Source: a virus (Duplodnaviria > Caudoviricetes). From it: DNA of 40,166 nucleotides. The notes under the pieces were generated by a model. It worked only from the letters and a program-made list of their open reading frames with translations, searched no databases and was not told the origin of the DNA. Of this stretch, positions 9,686 to 16,658 are shown in pieces. A program made the translations under genes and the position numbers. Within the stretch, counting starts at the first letter, position 1; each line of letters begins with the position of its first letter. The stretch lies in IMG/VR virus record IMGVR_UViG_3300005573_000164, positions 1 to 40,166 of that record; one strand, written 5' to 3'.

Positions 9686-10729
9686 TCAAGAAGGATGTTC
9701 CGAAAGCTGTTTGATCTCTGTTTCGAGTTCATGAATGCGCGTCTGATTGTGCATGAGCTTGGCCAAGTCGAGTTTCGCAGTTAAGATTTCCAACTTGGTA
9801 GGTGGTTTCGATGGAGGCGACGCCGGGTGTTGTGCCGCTTTTTTCTCCGCTGGTCGGTTGGGACGGTAGTTCCCGTTCCGAATCGCCTTGGCCAGAAAAT
9901 CTGTGAACTTTGCCGGGGCAAACAGCGTCCGGGCATTGAAGTTCTCCCGCCAAAGTTTGTTGTCTGCGCCGAGCTTCCAAACGTAGTCCACCACGCCGAG
10001 ACAGGCGGACTCCGCCTCGGCCAGGGAATAGGGCGGGCTGGCGTCTTGTAGCACCGCCAGCGCATCGCAAACGCACAGCACCTGTTCGGGTGTCACCGGC
10101 AAGGAAACGCCCTGCTTGGTCATCATAGCGCGCAGGACGCGGTTAGCCGCGTCCGCGGTCGGTTTGTGAATCCGCAGCAGTTCCGGTACGGGCTGTTTTG
10201 GACGCGGCGTGACCAGTTCCGGGTCCTCCCCCACACCCCCTCCTATAGAACCAGAACCATTAACCAGAGCATTGCTAATTTCTTTTGTATGATTTTGCCA
10301 TCGCTTTGCTGCTCCCTTCCTGCCAACCTCGGCGCGTATCTTACTGGTATGCAGCTCTCTAGATAGACGACGGCAGATCAGGGTTAGCGTTGAGTTTGCC
10401 ATATCGTTTGCCATCCAGTCGGCTTCTGGCAAATTTTTTCTTGCCATTTCCTCGCGCCATTCCAAAATCGGTTTGCCGTCCAACAAGACAATCGCCGTGT
10501 TGGTTTCGGCCAAGTCGAAAGCGGCCTGAACGATCTCGATGGATGACGCCCGAAGCAGATGCGTCAGGCGTTCAAGCTTGCCACAGATGCGGTCGGTACC
10601 GGCGGTCAGCATCCGGCCATAGGCATCATGCCAGATGCCGCGAGTGGCCGGCCGGCATTGCGCCACCGCTTCATCCTTAAACCAGTCACCCCAATTATAT
10701 TTTGTCCAATGCTCTTTGCGTCGGTTCAT
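9686..10729 (-). CDS. Phage replication initiator (DUF1376/YdaU-like N-terminus, conserved phage C-terminal domain)
   Basis: N-terminal WTKYNWGDWF...RGIWHD; C-terminal WRENFNARTLFAPAKFTDFL resembles Phg_2220_C; low-complexity linker between them. Confidence 0.7.
   Translation of the reverse strand: MNRRKEHWTKYNWGDWFKDEAVAQCRPATRGIWHDAYGRMLTAGTDRICGKLERLTHLLRASSIEIVQAAFDLAETNTAIVLLDGKPILEWREEMARKNLPEADWMANDMANSTLTLICRRLSRELHTSKIRAEVGRKGAAKRWQNHTKEISNALVNGSGSIGGGVGEDPELVTPRPKQPVPELLRIHKPTADAANRVLRAMMTKQGVSLPVTPEQVLCVCDALAVLQDASPPYSLAEAESACLGVVDYVWKLGADNKLWRENFNARTLFAPAKFTDFLAKAIRNGNYRPNRPAEKKAAQHPASPPSKPPTKLEILTAKLDLAKLMHNQTRIHELETEIKQLSEHPS
10270..10480. promoter_or_regulatory. Candidate origin: TTGCCAT iteron-like repeats inside the initiator gene
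   Basis: TTGCCAT-like copies near 10295, 10396, 10408, 10441 and 10472, plus an inverted copy near 10427; the lambda ori likewise lies within O. Confidence 0.4.
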
Positions 10730-11151
10730 GCTGCCTGTTCTCCTTGGTCGCCCTTGTGTCGGAAATTCCGCACCGCAATCAGTTTCTCAGTCATCCGTTT
10801 GATCTGCGAATCCTGTTGGCGGTCCCAGTGGGTGATTTCCTCGATGCTGGCCGCTTCCGTCGCGCAATAGCCTTGCGCTTTCAACCCGATCACCCGCCAG
10901 CCCAATTCCTCCACCGCCGCCGTCACCCTCCGCCGGGTGGACTCGTTGAACTCGCCCCAACCGAGCGCCGCCACCAATTCCCGAGCCTTCGTCCACCGCT
11001 GCCCGACCGCCGCGAACTGCCGCAACGTCCGCAACACGTCCCGGCCATCGGCCTCCACGTCATGCTGCCGGGCCGGCACCGTCGTGACCGCCCGCCGCTG
11101 ACGAAACAACGGTAACTCGCTTGCCGGGGCAATGGTCATTTTGTCATTCAT
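10726..11151 (-). CDS. Hypothetical protein (possible winged helix)
   Basis: 141 aa, coupled by ATGA overlaps to both neighbours. Confidence 0.6.
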   Translation of the reverse strand: MNDKMTIAPASELPLFRQRRAVTTVPARQHDVEADGRDVLRTLRQFAAVGQRWTKARELVAALGWGEFNESTRRRVTAAVEELGWRVIGLKAQGYCATEAASIEEITHWDRQQDSQIKRMTEKLIAVRNFRHKGDQGEQAA

Positions 11152-11459
11152 GGGAGACCCTCCAAAAAGTCTATCACGTCAGTCACGCCACGAGCCACGA
11201 TGTAGTTGCCAAACACCCGCTCGACCTCCTGCCGAAACGCCAACTGCGCCGGCCGCAGCTTGTCTTTGCCGGCCTTGACCTCGATCAGGATGTACCGTTG
11301 GCCCTTCACGGCAACCAAATCCGGCGCACCTGGCGAACCGGTCCGGTAGAAGTCGCCTTTGCTGTTGCGGGCGGCAGTGCTGCCGACCTTGAACGTCATC
11401 CACCCGTCAGTCGCCAGCACTTCCCGGATAGCCTTCGTGAGCGATTGGGCCGGCGTCAT
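11148..11459 (-). CDS. VRR-NUC / PD-(D/E)XK nuclease
   Basis: GAPDL...LIEVKAGKDKLRPAQ motif; ATG at 11459. Confidence 0.85.
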   Translation of the reverse strand: MTPAQSLTKAIREVLATDGWMTFKVGSTAARNSKGDFYRTGSPGAPDLVAVKGQRYILIEVKAGKDKLRPAQLAFRQEVERVFGNYIVARGVTDVIDFLEGLP

Positions 11460-11719
11460 AGCAGCTCTCCCGTTTCTGGAACACGGATGGGACGACGCGA
11501 GGGCGCGAAGCTCGACCAGTCGGGTTTCCCGTTGCAGAATCGGATCATGCCCGCGGTGACGGATTTCCATTTCGTGCCGCGCAAGCTCGACAGGTCAGTC
11601 GCCAGGACGCGGGCGATGCCGCCCCGCTCGGCGATGGCCATGACAGCGTTGCTGCCCACCGGTAACTCTACCGACCGTCCCGCCTCCAACGCCTGCAAGA
11701 CCGCCGCTTTGGATTCCAT
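11456..11719 (-). CDS. Hypothetical protein
   Basis: MESKAAVL... start with an AAGGAG RBS; coupled to the nuclease gene. Confidence 0.55.
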   Translation of the reverse strand: MESKAAVLQALEAGRSVELPVGSNAVMAIAERGGIARVLATDLSSLRGTKWKSVTAGMIRFCNGKPDWSSFAPSRRPIRVPETGELL

Positions 11720-11721
11720 GC

Positions 11722-11925
11722 TCAAGGCTGCTCCTTTTTTGTAACCGGTGGCCGGCAGATGCTCAAATTCTGAATTGGAAAACCTTTGGACGGCTTGAAA
11801 GGCCCTATCCCCAACACTCGCCGGCAATGAACAATGGCGTCATAATCTCCTTCAATGTAGGCATTGTTCAAGACCTGCAATGGATTCATCATGTCCAAGT
11901 CGGGATTGTGATGGGCGTCGCTCAT
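11722..11925 (-). CDS. Hypothetical protein
   Basis: 67 aa with a GAGGT RBS, in the operon. Confidence 0.45.
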   Translation of the reverse strand: MSDAHHNPDLDMMNPLQVLNNAYIEGDYDAIVHCRRVLGIGPFKPSKGFPIQNLSICRPPVTKKEQP

Positions 11926-11983
11926 GCCGCCACCTCAGGGCTTCGGTTCGTTAGAAGTGTAATCGCTTGGGTTGTATTCATGT

Positions 11984-12205
11984 TCACCGGACAGGTGTTG
12001 TTGAATGATTGTTCGACACGCGGACATGCTGGCCTCGCGCGCCGTAGTATTCCATCACCGAGTCGGGAGTCGGGAAGCATCCCGACACCGGGCAGAGCCG
12101 ACGTTGTTTGAAGGCGCGCTGTATGGCCTTCACCTTTTTTTGGTCGGGCAGTGCATCTACGATGGCCGCTCCCAATGGTGTGATTGTGAAGCTCTTGTCT
12201 TTCAT
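11984..12205 (-). CDS. Cassette 1 hypothetical protein
   Basis: 73 aa with an AAGGAG RBS; lies mainly between core GTTCGAC (12011) and inverse core GTCGAAC (12224) and ends past the core. Confidence 0.65.
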   Translation of the reverse strand: MKDKSFTITPLGAAIVDALPDQKKVKAIQRAFKQRRLCPVSGCFPTPDSVMEYYGARGQHVRVSNNHSTTPVR

Positions 12206-12918
12206 GGTTTCTCCTTCTTCGGTGTCGAACCCGGCGTTTCAGCCAACCTCGTCAGACTCGGCGGCTGAACTTTGTCGTTGGCCGCATGGCGCGAGTCCAA
12301 GGTTACTTGTCCGCCGCGCAGGTCCACGAACGCTCCTTTGATTCGCAGGTTCTCGATGGCGTCCCGTATCGCATTCGCATTGTCATCGTCCCACGCCACG
12401 AGCATGGACGGTGCGCCAGCCGTCCCGCCTTTCGTGCCGTTCACATGGTAGAAGCTCAGTCTCCCTTTGAGGAAGCATACCGCTGTCGCACGCGGCCATA
12501 TGTAGGTAAAGAATTGTTGGGTTTCGGTGCGCGCGAAGATGAGGGCGGTGCAGTTCTTGTGTTCGGCGCACCGGCGCATCCACTCTCCCGTCTTTGGGCC
12601 GTAGGGCGGGTTGCACCACACGCGCCCGCGCCATTCTTTGAGCAGGCCGTTGTCCCTGATTGTGTAGTGTTGTTTCGCAGTCGGCCACGGGCGGTTTATC
12701 GGGGCGCATGGGTCTAGGTCGAAGTCGCCCAGTGCGCGGAAGATTTCTGGCGGGGTGAGCCATTCTTCTTTGCCGTTTTCGAGGTCGCGGTCGTGCGCGA
12801 ATCCGATGCGCTTTTCTTCTGGCATTACCGGAGCGGCCAACAAATCGCTGCACGCAACGGCTTGCGCCGCCGCGTTCCGCTGGTCAGGGGCTTCGGTGAG
12901 AGCCATTTGTTGTGTCAT
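12202..12918 (-). CDS. DNA N6-adenine methyltransferase (phage Dam-type), cassette 2
   Basis: EWLTP, FDLDPCA, WCNPPYG and RTET motifs; ATG at 12918 with an AAGGAG RBS inside attC C. Confidence 0.88.
   Translation of the reverse strand: MTQQMALTEAPDQRNAAAQAVACSDLLAAPVMPEEKRIGFAHDRDLENGKEEWLTPPEIFRALGDFDLDPCAPINRPWPTAKQHYTIRDNGLLKEWRGRVWCNPPYGPKTGEWMRRCAEHKNCTALIFARTETQQFFTYIWPRATAVCFLKGRLSFYHVNGTKGGTAGAPSMLVAWDDDNANAIRDAIENLRIKGAFVDLRGGQVTLDSRHAANDKVQPPSLTRLAETPGSTPKKEKP
12224..12283 (+). mobile_element. attC site B (60 bp)
   Basis: GTCGAAC CCGGC GTTTCAGC ... GCTGAAC TTTGTC GTTGGCC; extra base in L''. Confidence 0.9.
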
Positions 12919-12960
12919 ACGTTTTCTCCTTTTCCGCCGTGCGTGAGCTTGGCGTTCCCT
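12835..12960 (+). mobile_element. attC site C (126 bp)
   Basis: GGCCAAC AAATC GCTGCACG CAACGGC ... GCCGTG CGTGAGC TTGGC GTTCCCT; two extrahelical bases on the left arm. Confidence 0.9.
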
Positions 12961-12964
12961 GGAT

Positions 12965-13612
12965 TCATCGCCGTTCCTCCGGTTGCACGTAGGGCAGTCC
13001 GACGAAGGCGAAGACTTCGGCCTCTGATTCCATCGCTCGCGTCTCGCCGGCGCGCGAGAACCCAGCGCCGTATGGATTCCACTTCCATCCACGAGCTTGA
13101 GCAGCCATACAGATTCGCATGTTGCTGGCCGCCGGGCCGGTTCGGCAGACGAGATAGTTCCACCAGTTCTCCGTCGTAGCCGCGAACAAGTCCACTGGAA
13201 TGCCGCTGGCGCGGTGGCGCATCAGCTTGTTTTTCGGCCCATACATTTCCGACCCGTTCGCGTTCTTGCGGCGTTCGAGTACGCCAGACTTTTCGAGCGA
13301 GGCGATTGTTTCGTCCGCTAGATTTACCGTGAGGCTGGCGAACATATCGGCGGGGTCTTGCCGCACTTCGGTTTTGCCGATGTAGAGGATTTCCACGTCG
13401 CCAACGGTCGGCTCGCGGCGGCGCAGCGAGCCAGCGACGATGAGGCGTTCACACACCGGCTTGAGTGCGGCGCAGAGTTCGGCGGCGACCTTCATCCCGA
13501 CAGCATTCGGGAAGCGCGGCTTCCCGCCAACCGGGGAACAATGCGCTGCTGCCAATGACTGCCCGCGTTGGGCATTATTGGCAGAACCTACGTTGTTGGC
13601 GCGGGTATTCAT
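12965..13612 (-). CDS. polX: Minimal X-family DNA polymerase / nucleotidyltransferase (palm+thumb only), cassette 3
   Basis: AGSLRR..TVGDVEIL, IPVDLF, RTGP..SN and SEAEVFAFVGLPYVQPEER motifs of PolX; no lyase, HhH or PHP domain. Confidence 0.8.
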   Translation of the reverse strand: MNTRANNVGSANNAQRGQSLAAAHCSPVGGKPRFPNAVGMKVAAELCAALKPVCERLIVAGSLRRREPTVGDVEILYIGKTEVRQDPADMFASLTVNLADETIASLEKSGVLERRKNANGSEMYGPKNKLMRHRASGIPVDLFAATTENWWNYLVCRTGPAASNMRICMAAQARGWKWNPYGAGFSRAGETRAMESEAEVFAFVGLPYVQPEERR

Positions 13613-13632
13613 GGCGGAGCTAATCGTTCTGC
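13533..13632 (+). mobile_element. attC site D (100 bp)
   Basis: GGGGAAC AATGC GCTGCTGC CAATG ... CATG GCGGAGC TAATC GTTCTGC. Confidence 0.85.
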
Positions 13633-13633
13633 G

Positions 13634-14017
13634 TCATTTGAGGGTTGCGTTCCATCTCCAGCCTGTGTGTTTCCCGAGTGCTATATCCACGGTTACAGTG
13701 TCGCCTTTATTCAAGCTCGCCCACCGCTCTGCGCTCGTGCCGACCGCGATGACTTCGTTGCCTATATCTACGATCACCGTCCACTTCTCAGGCTCGCTAC
13801 TTGTTATCGTTACAACGCCGGCTTTTCCTCCGCTGCCCACAGCTACGCCGGTGCCTGTTTGGGTGCTACTTGGCGTGTAGACCTTCTCTACGACTTTGCC
13901 GGCGTGTTCTTCGTGTCGGAAGCTGCACGAGACGCAGAATAATACGCCGCACGCAATGGCTGCAGCCGTTGCGATTCGTCGGCGTGCCGTGCCGGTGGAG
14001 GTCGGTGATTGATTCAT
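13634..14017 (-). CDS. Small exported protein/lipoprotein, cassette 4
   Basis: Hydrophobic signal ending CVSC, then a beta-rich body; start and RBS (AAAGGAAACC ATG) are inside attC E. Confidence 0.7.
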   Translation of the reverse strand: MNQSPTSTGTARRRIATAAAIACGVLFCVSCSFRHEEHAGKVVEKVYTPSSTQTGTGVAVGSGGKAGVVTITSSEPEKWTVIVDIGNEVIAVGTSAERWASLNKGDTVTVDIALGKHTGWRWNATLK

Positions 14018-14062
14018 GGTTTCCTTTCGATGCTGCCGCCGTGCATGATCTTTTAGTTAGCC
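13934..14062 (+). mobile_element. attC site E (129 bp, R'' AAC>AAT)
   Basis: GCAGAAT AATAC GCCGCACG CAATGGCTGCAGC ... GCTGCCGCCGTG CATGATC TTTTA GTTAGCC; GACGCAGAAT complements the upstream core GTTCTGCGTC. Confidence 0.75.
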
Positions 14063-14295
14063 GCAGAGCCGGTCAGCCACACGGCACGCCCTACGAGTTC
14101 CATTTCTTCCCACGTTGCCCGGTAGTAGGCTTGTCCGCCCATCTTGCCGTCAGCACCGAGAGCTTGGACGTAGCCTTGTGCGCCCCACGACTTCGGTTCG
14201 CTCACCGTCATCATGCACGCACCGAGCATCGGGTTCTTGCACTTCTCCGGGTTGAGTTGCACGACCATTCCGGCTTCGAGTTCTGTCTTTTGCAT
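14053..14295 (-). CDS. Cassette 5 hypothetical (SH3-like small beta) protein
   Basis: 80 aa with an AAAGGA RBS; ends AAN* at the R' of attC E. Confidence 0.7.
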   Translation of the reverse strand: MQKTELEAGMVVQLNPEKCKNPMLGACMMTVSEPKSWGAQGYVQALGADGKMGGQAYYRATWEEMELVGRAVWLTGSAAN

Positions 14296-14317
14296 TTGTT
14301 CCTTTCAGTTATTCGGC

Positions 14318-14378
14318 GGCCAACAATTCGGTTCAGCCAACTCGCGTAGGACGCTCGCGGCTGACCTCCCCGTTTGGA
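14318..14378 (+). mobile_element. attC site F (61 bp)
   Basis: GGCCAAC AATTC GGTTCAGC ... GCTGACC TCCCC GTTTGGA. Confidence 0.88.
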
Positions 14379-14596
14379 CAAATCTCAAAGTTTGCATCAG
14401 CAAAGTCTCCATTGCAGTCCCACACCATTTTCCCGTCTTTGTACAGATAGGCCCACCTGTTTCTTCCAACCCCTTTTATCCGCAGTTCGTAGGGCGCATA
14501 GTGCGGCGAGATGTAGGCTAGTGCTATGCCGATTGGCCGAACCATGCGCCGAAGCGAACGGCGGGATTTCTTGGCCGGTTGATTGTCAGTGGGCAT
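14333..14596 (-). CDS. Cassette 6 hypothetical protein
   Basis: 87 aa; starts in the attC G loop (GGAGG RBS) and stops in L'' of attC F. Confidence 0.65.
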   Translation of the reverse strand: MPTDNQPAKKSRRSLRRMVRPIGIALAYISPHYAPYELRIKGVGRNRWAYLYKDGKMVWDCNGDFADANFEICPNGEVSRERPTRVG

Positions 14597-14643
14597 TTGA
14601 GCCTCCGTGGTTGTTTGCGACGGCGCTTGGCTTACCGTTGGGC
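14536..14643 (+). mobile_element. attC site G (108 bp)
   Basis: GCCGAAC CATGC GCCGAAGC ... GCTTGGC TTACC GTTGGGC. Confidence 0.8.
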
Positions 14644-14930
14644 GTGATTGTCACGCGCACTGGTTGGGGTTGTGCCAGCCGTGAGGCTGTGCTATAGGTC
14701 TGGACACTTTTTGATGTAGCCGTCTCTCGAAGGCGTCGTGCACGCGCTAAAAGGTCTTCCCGCAGAAAAGCGAGACGCTCTTTTTCAGCTTCTGTTCGCC
14801 ACGGATCAGGCACTAAGAGAGTTGCAGTCGCTTCCAGGTGGGCCGCCACCGCGAGAGTGATGAGTCGTTCTGTTTCATAATGAGATTGCTTTATGATTTT
14901 TCTCGTTGCCGTGCCATTGGGAGTCTTCAT
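14586..14930 (-). CDS. Cassette 7 hypothetical (chimeric) protein
   Basis: 114 aa with a strong AGGAGG RBS; its 3' part derives from a frameshifted copy of the 15474-15536 sequence. Confidence 0.5.
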   Translation of the reverse strand: MKTPNGTATRKIIKQSHYETERLITLAVAAHLEATATLLVPDPWRTEAEKERLAFLREDLLARARRLRETATSKSVQTYSTASRLAQPQPVRVTITPNGKPSAVANNHGGSNAH

Positions 14931-15141
14931 TGCTTATATCCTCCTACGCGAGATTTGCCGACTGGTTGGTGGAGTCGCTGCTTTGCTCGCATATCTTTTT
15001 GTGATCGGGCTTGCCATCACGCTTGTGGTGGTCTTGGCCGGTCTCGTCTGGCAGTTTATTGTTTGGGTGTTTCCGTATGTCCTCGGCGGCGCTGCCGTCA
15101 TCGCTATTATTGCTTTCATCGTAAAGGCGGCTCGCAGGTGA
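14893..15141 (+). CDS. Small multi-TM membrane protein in conventional (sense) cassette orientation
   Basis: 82 aa, almost entirely hydrophobic; its stop codon lies 6 nt before R'' of attC H. Confidence 0.5.
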   Translation: MIFLVAVPLGVFIAYILLREICRLVGGVAALLAYLFVIGLAITLVVVLAGLVWQFIVWVFPYVLGGAAVIAIIAFIVKAARR

Positions 15142-15759
15142 TACCGCGCCCATCAATTCGGGACAGCGAACGGGCGAGGACGCCCGTCGCTGACCTCCGG
15201 TGTTCGGCACAAATTCCAAGCATGTTTCAGAGCCGTCATTGTATCGGTACAAGTCCGCAGTCGGCGGACACGAGGCGCGGATACAGCAGTCTGCGCACAG
15301 TGTTCCCTGTCCTCGCGGAGGTTGCGGCACGGGTGGCAGTGGCGGCGTCCATCGCTCGCAGCCGCACGATGGGCAGCTTGTCCTGTTCCAGTAGAGCACT
15401 CCGCAGCTGGCGCAGTGCCGAACCATCCGATGAGCCGAACATGAGGGAGCGAGGCGGCGCTCACTGGTGATGGGTTGGGGGTAGTGCCAGCCGTGAGGCT
15501 GTGCTTGTAGGTCTGGACACTTTTTGATGTAGCCGTATCGTTCCACTATCCACTGCCGTGCCTTCTCGCGGGTCACAAAGAGTTTCGGCAGAAAGTTTTC
15601 TCGGAGCAGGTATTGCGTGATCCCGCTGTAGTTCTCCGAGTGCCACATCGCACCCCACGCCGAACAAACTAGATGCCGCGACCCATGACCACGCGGCGCG
15701 GCTTTTTCCCCGTTTTTCGCCTTTGTAGGTGTACGTTTTTTCATATCAGACTTCCGCAT
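14944..15759 (-). CDS. Read-through fusion ORF spanning cassettes 9 and 8 (Cys-rich, zinc-ribbon-like) and attC I/H
   Basis: 271 aa; N-terminal domain, then CxxC pairs (CASC, CPSC, CADC); the tail is the antisense of the 14893-15141 ORF. Confidence 0.55.
   Translation of the reverse strand: MRKSDMKKRTPTKAKNGEKAAPRGHGSRHLVCSAWGAMWHSENYSGITQYLLRENFLPKLFVTREKARQWIVERYGYIKKCPDLQAQPHGWHYPQPITSERRLAPSCSAHRMVRHCASCGVLYWNRTSCPSCGCERWTPPLPPVPQPPRGQGTLCADCCIRASCPPTADLYRYNDGSETCLEFVPNTGGQRRASSPVRCPELMGAVSPASRLYDESNNSDDGSAAEDIRKHPNNKLPDETGQDHHKRDGKPDHKKICEQSSDSTNQSANLA
15148..15208 (+). mobile_element. attC site H (61 bp, R'' AAC>ATC)
   Basis: GCCCATC AATTC GGGACAGC GAACGGGCG AGGA CGCCCGTC GCTGACC TCCGGT GTTCGGC. 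Confidence 0.85.
15417..15475 (+). mobile_element. attC site I (59 bp, R' GTT>GAT)
   Basis: GCCGAAC CATCC GATGAGCC ... GGCGCTC ACTGGT GATGGGT; GTGCCGAAC perfectly complements the core at 15202. Confidence 0.65.
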
Positions 15760-15799
15760 CCGTCCTTCTCATAGCTGCCTTCAACACGGTATATTCGGG
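15659..15799 (+). mobile_element. Degenerate attC site J
   Basis: GCCGAAC at 15659 and ATTCGGG at 15793 (the upstream gene reads SPN through it); internal pairing is poor. Confidence 0.35.
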
Positions 15800-16002
15800 C
15801 TGCGAGACTTCACCCATTCGAGTGCGAAGTTCTCGGTAGCCGATGTGATTGCGGTCTCCCATCGGTTATTGCGGCCGCGCTGTTGCACTGTCCAGCGGTC
15901 GCCTTCTATGCGTGGCGGTTTGATTCGGTAGCCAGCTATGATGCGGCACTTCTTCTTGGTATCCGGAATGCTCGGCTCGCGGAATTTCAGCACATAGCTC
16001 AT
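15781..16002 (-). CDS. Hypothetical protein
   Basis: MSYVLKFREP..., 73 aa; ATGA overlap with the methyltransferase stop; AAGGAA RBS. Confidence 0.6.
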   Translation of the reverse strand: MSYVLKFREPSIPDTKKKCRIIAGYRIKPPRIEGDRWTVQQRGRNNRWETAITSATENFALEWVKSRSPNIPC

Positions 16003-16658
16003 TGTTTCCTTTCTTGCCAGCAGTTCGCCAGGAAGAAAGCCCGTGCGAAACCGCATGGTGTTGCAGAGCGTAGTTCTTTCGTTCGTTCGGACTTCCCGCC
16101 GAGTTTCTGCACCCAGCTTCCCTGCGAACAGACTCGTTGTGGGGTCACTTCGTTTCTCGGCAGTGCCCGGTTGAAGTGGCCGTAGAGCGCAGTTTTTTTC
16201 GTCCACGGGTCGCCATACCACCACGGCTCGAAGTACCAAGGCTTGCCCAGTTCCGGCAGCAGCTTGTGGAGTCGCCCCACCGGGTTTTCGAGTGCCCACC
16301 AGTCCGGTTTGCAGAAATCCACGCAGCGGAGCACCTGTCGCACGAGTTCCAGGCTCTTTTCCGTGCGCCCGTCCGCGTCTTTCACTTTCCAGTATTGTGC
16401 CCCGCTCGCCGCGAAGTCGGTGCAGGGTGGCGCGGCGAGTATCCCGTCCACCGTGCCGAACTTATCCATCACGTTTTCCATCAGCCAGGCTGCGCTGAGT
16501 TCCATCACGTCGATTCCGTGCTTGAGGTCTATCTGCACCACGTTCGCGCCCGCCTCCAAGTACGGAGCAGACCAGTTCCCAGTGTAGTCAAAGAGCGATA
16601 GGATGGTCCGACCGCTGCAATCCACGATTAAGGACTTGGTGATCATCGCTGGACTCAC
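15999..16658 (-). CDS. Short phage-type C5 cytosine DNA methyltransferase
   Basis: ILSLFDYTG (motif I-like), AAPPCTDF (catalytic PC) and WALENPVG (motif VI); start is GTG 16658 or ATG 16646. Confidence 0.85.
   Translation of the reverse strand: MSPAMITKSLIVDCSGRTILSLFDYTGNWSAPYLEAGANVVQIDLKHGIDVMELSAAWLMENVMDKFGTVDGILAAPPCTDFAASGAQYWKVKDADGRTEKSLELVRQVLRCVDFCKPDWWALENPVGRLHKLLPELGKPWYFEPWWYGDPWTKKTALYGHFNRALPRNEVTPQRVCSQGSWVQKLGGKSERTKELRSATPCGFARAFFLANCWQERKQ

Noticed and set aside
11809-11870. Left arm of an attC for the first core site (CCCCAAC...TGAACAATG/CATTGTTCA)
   Set aside because: No matching L'/R' at the right spacing; too degenerate to call.
16023-16029. GTTCGCC as another cassette core at the C5 MTase end
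   Set aside because: It is read in frame as Asn (LANC), but there is no adjoining L' or hairpin; possibly vestigial, not supportable.
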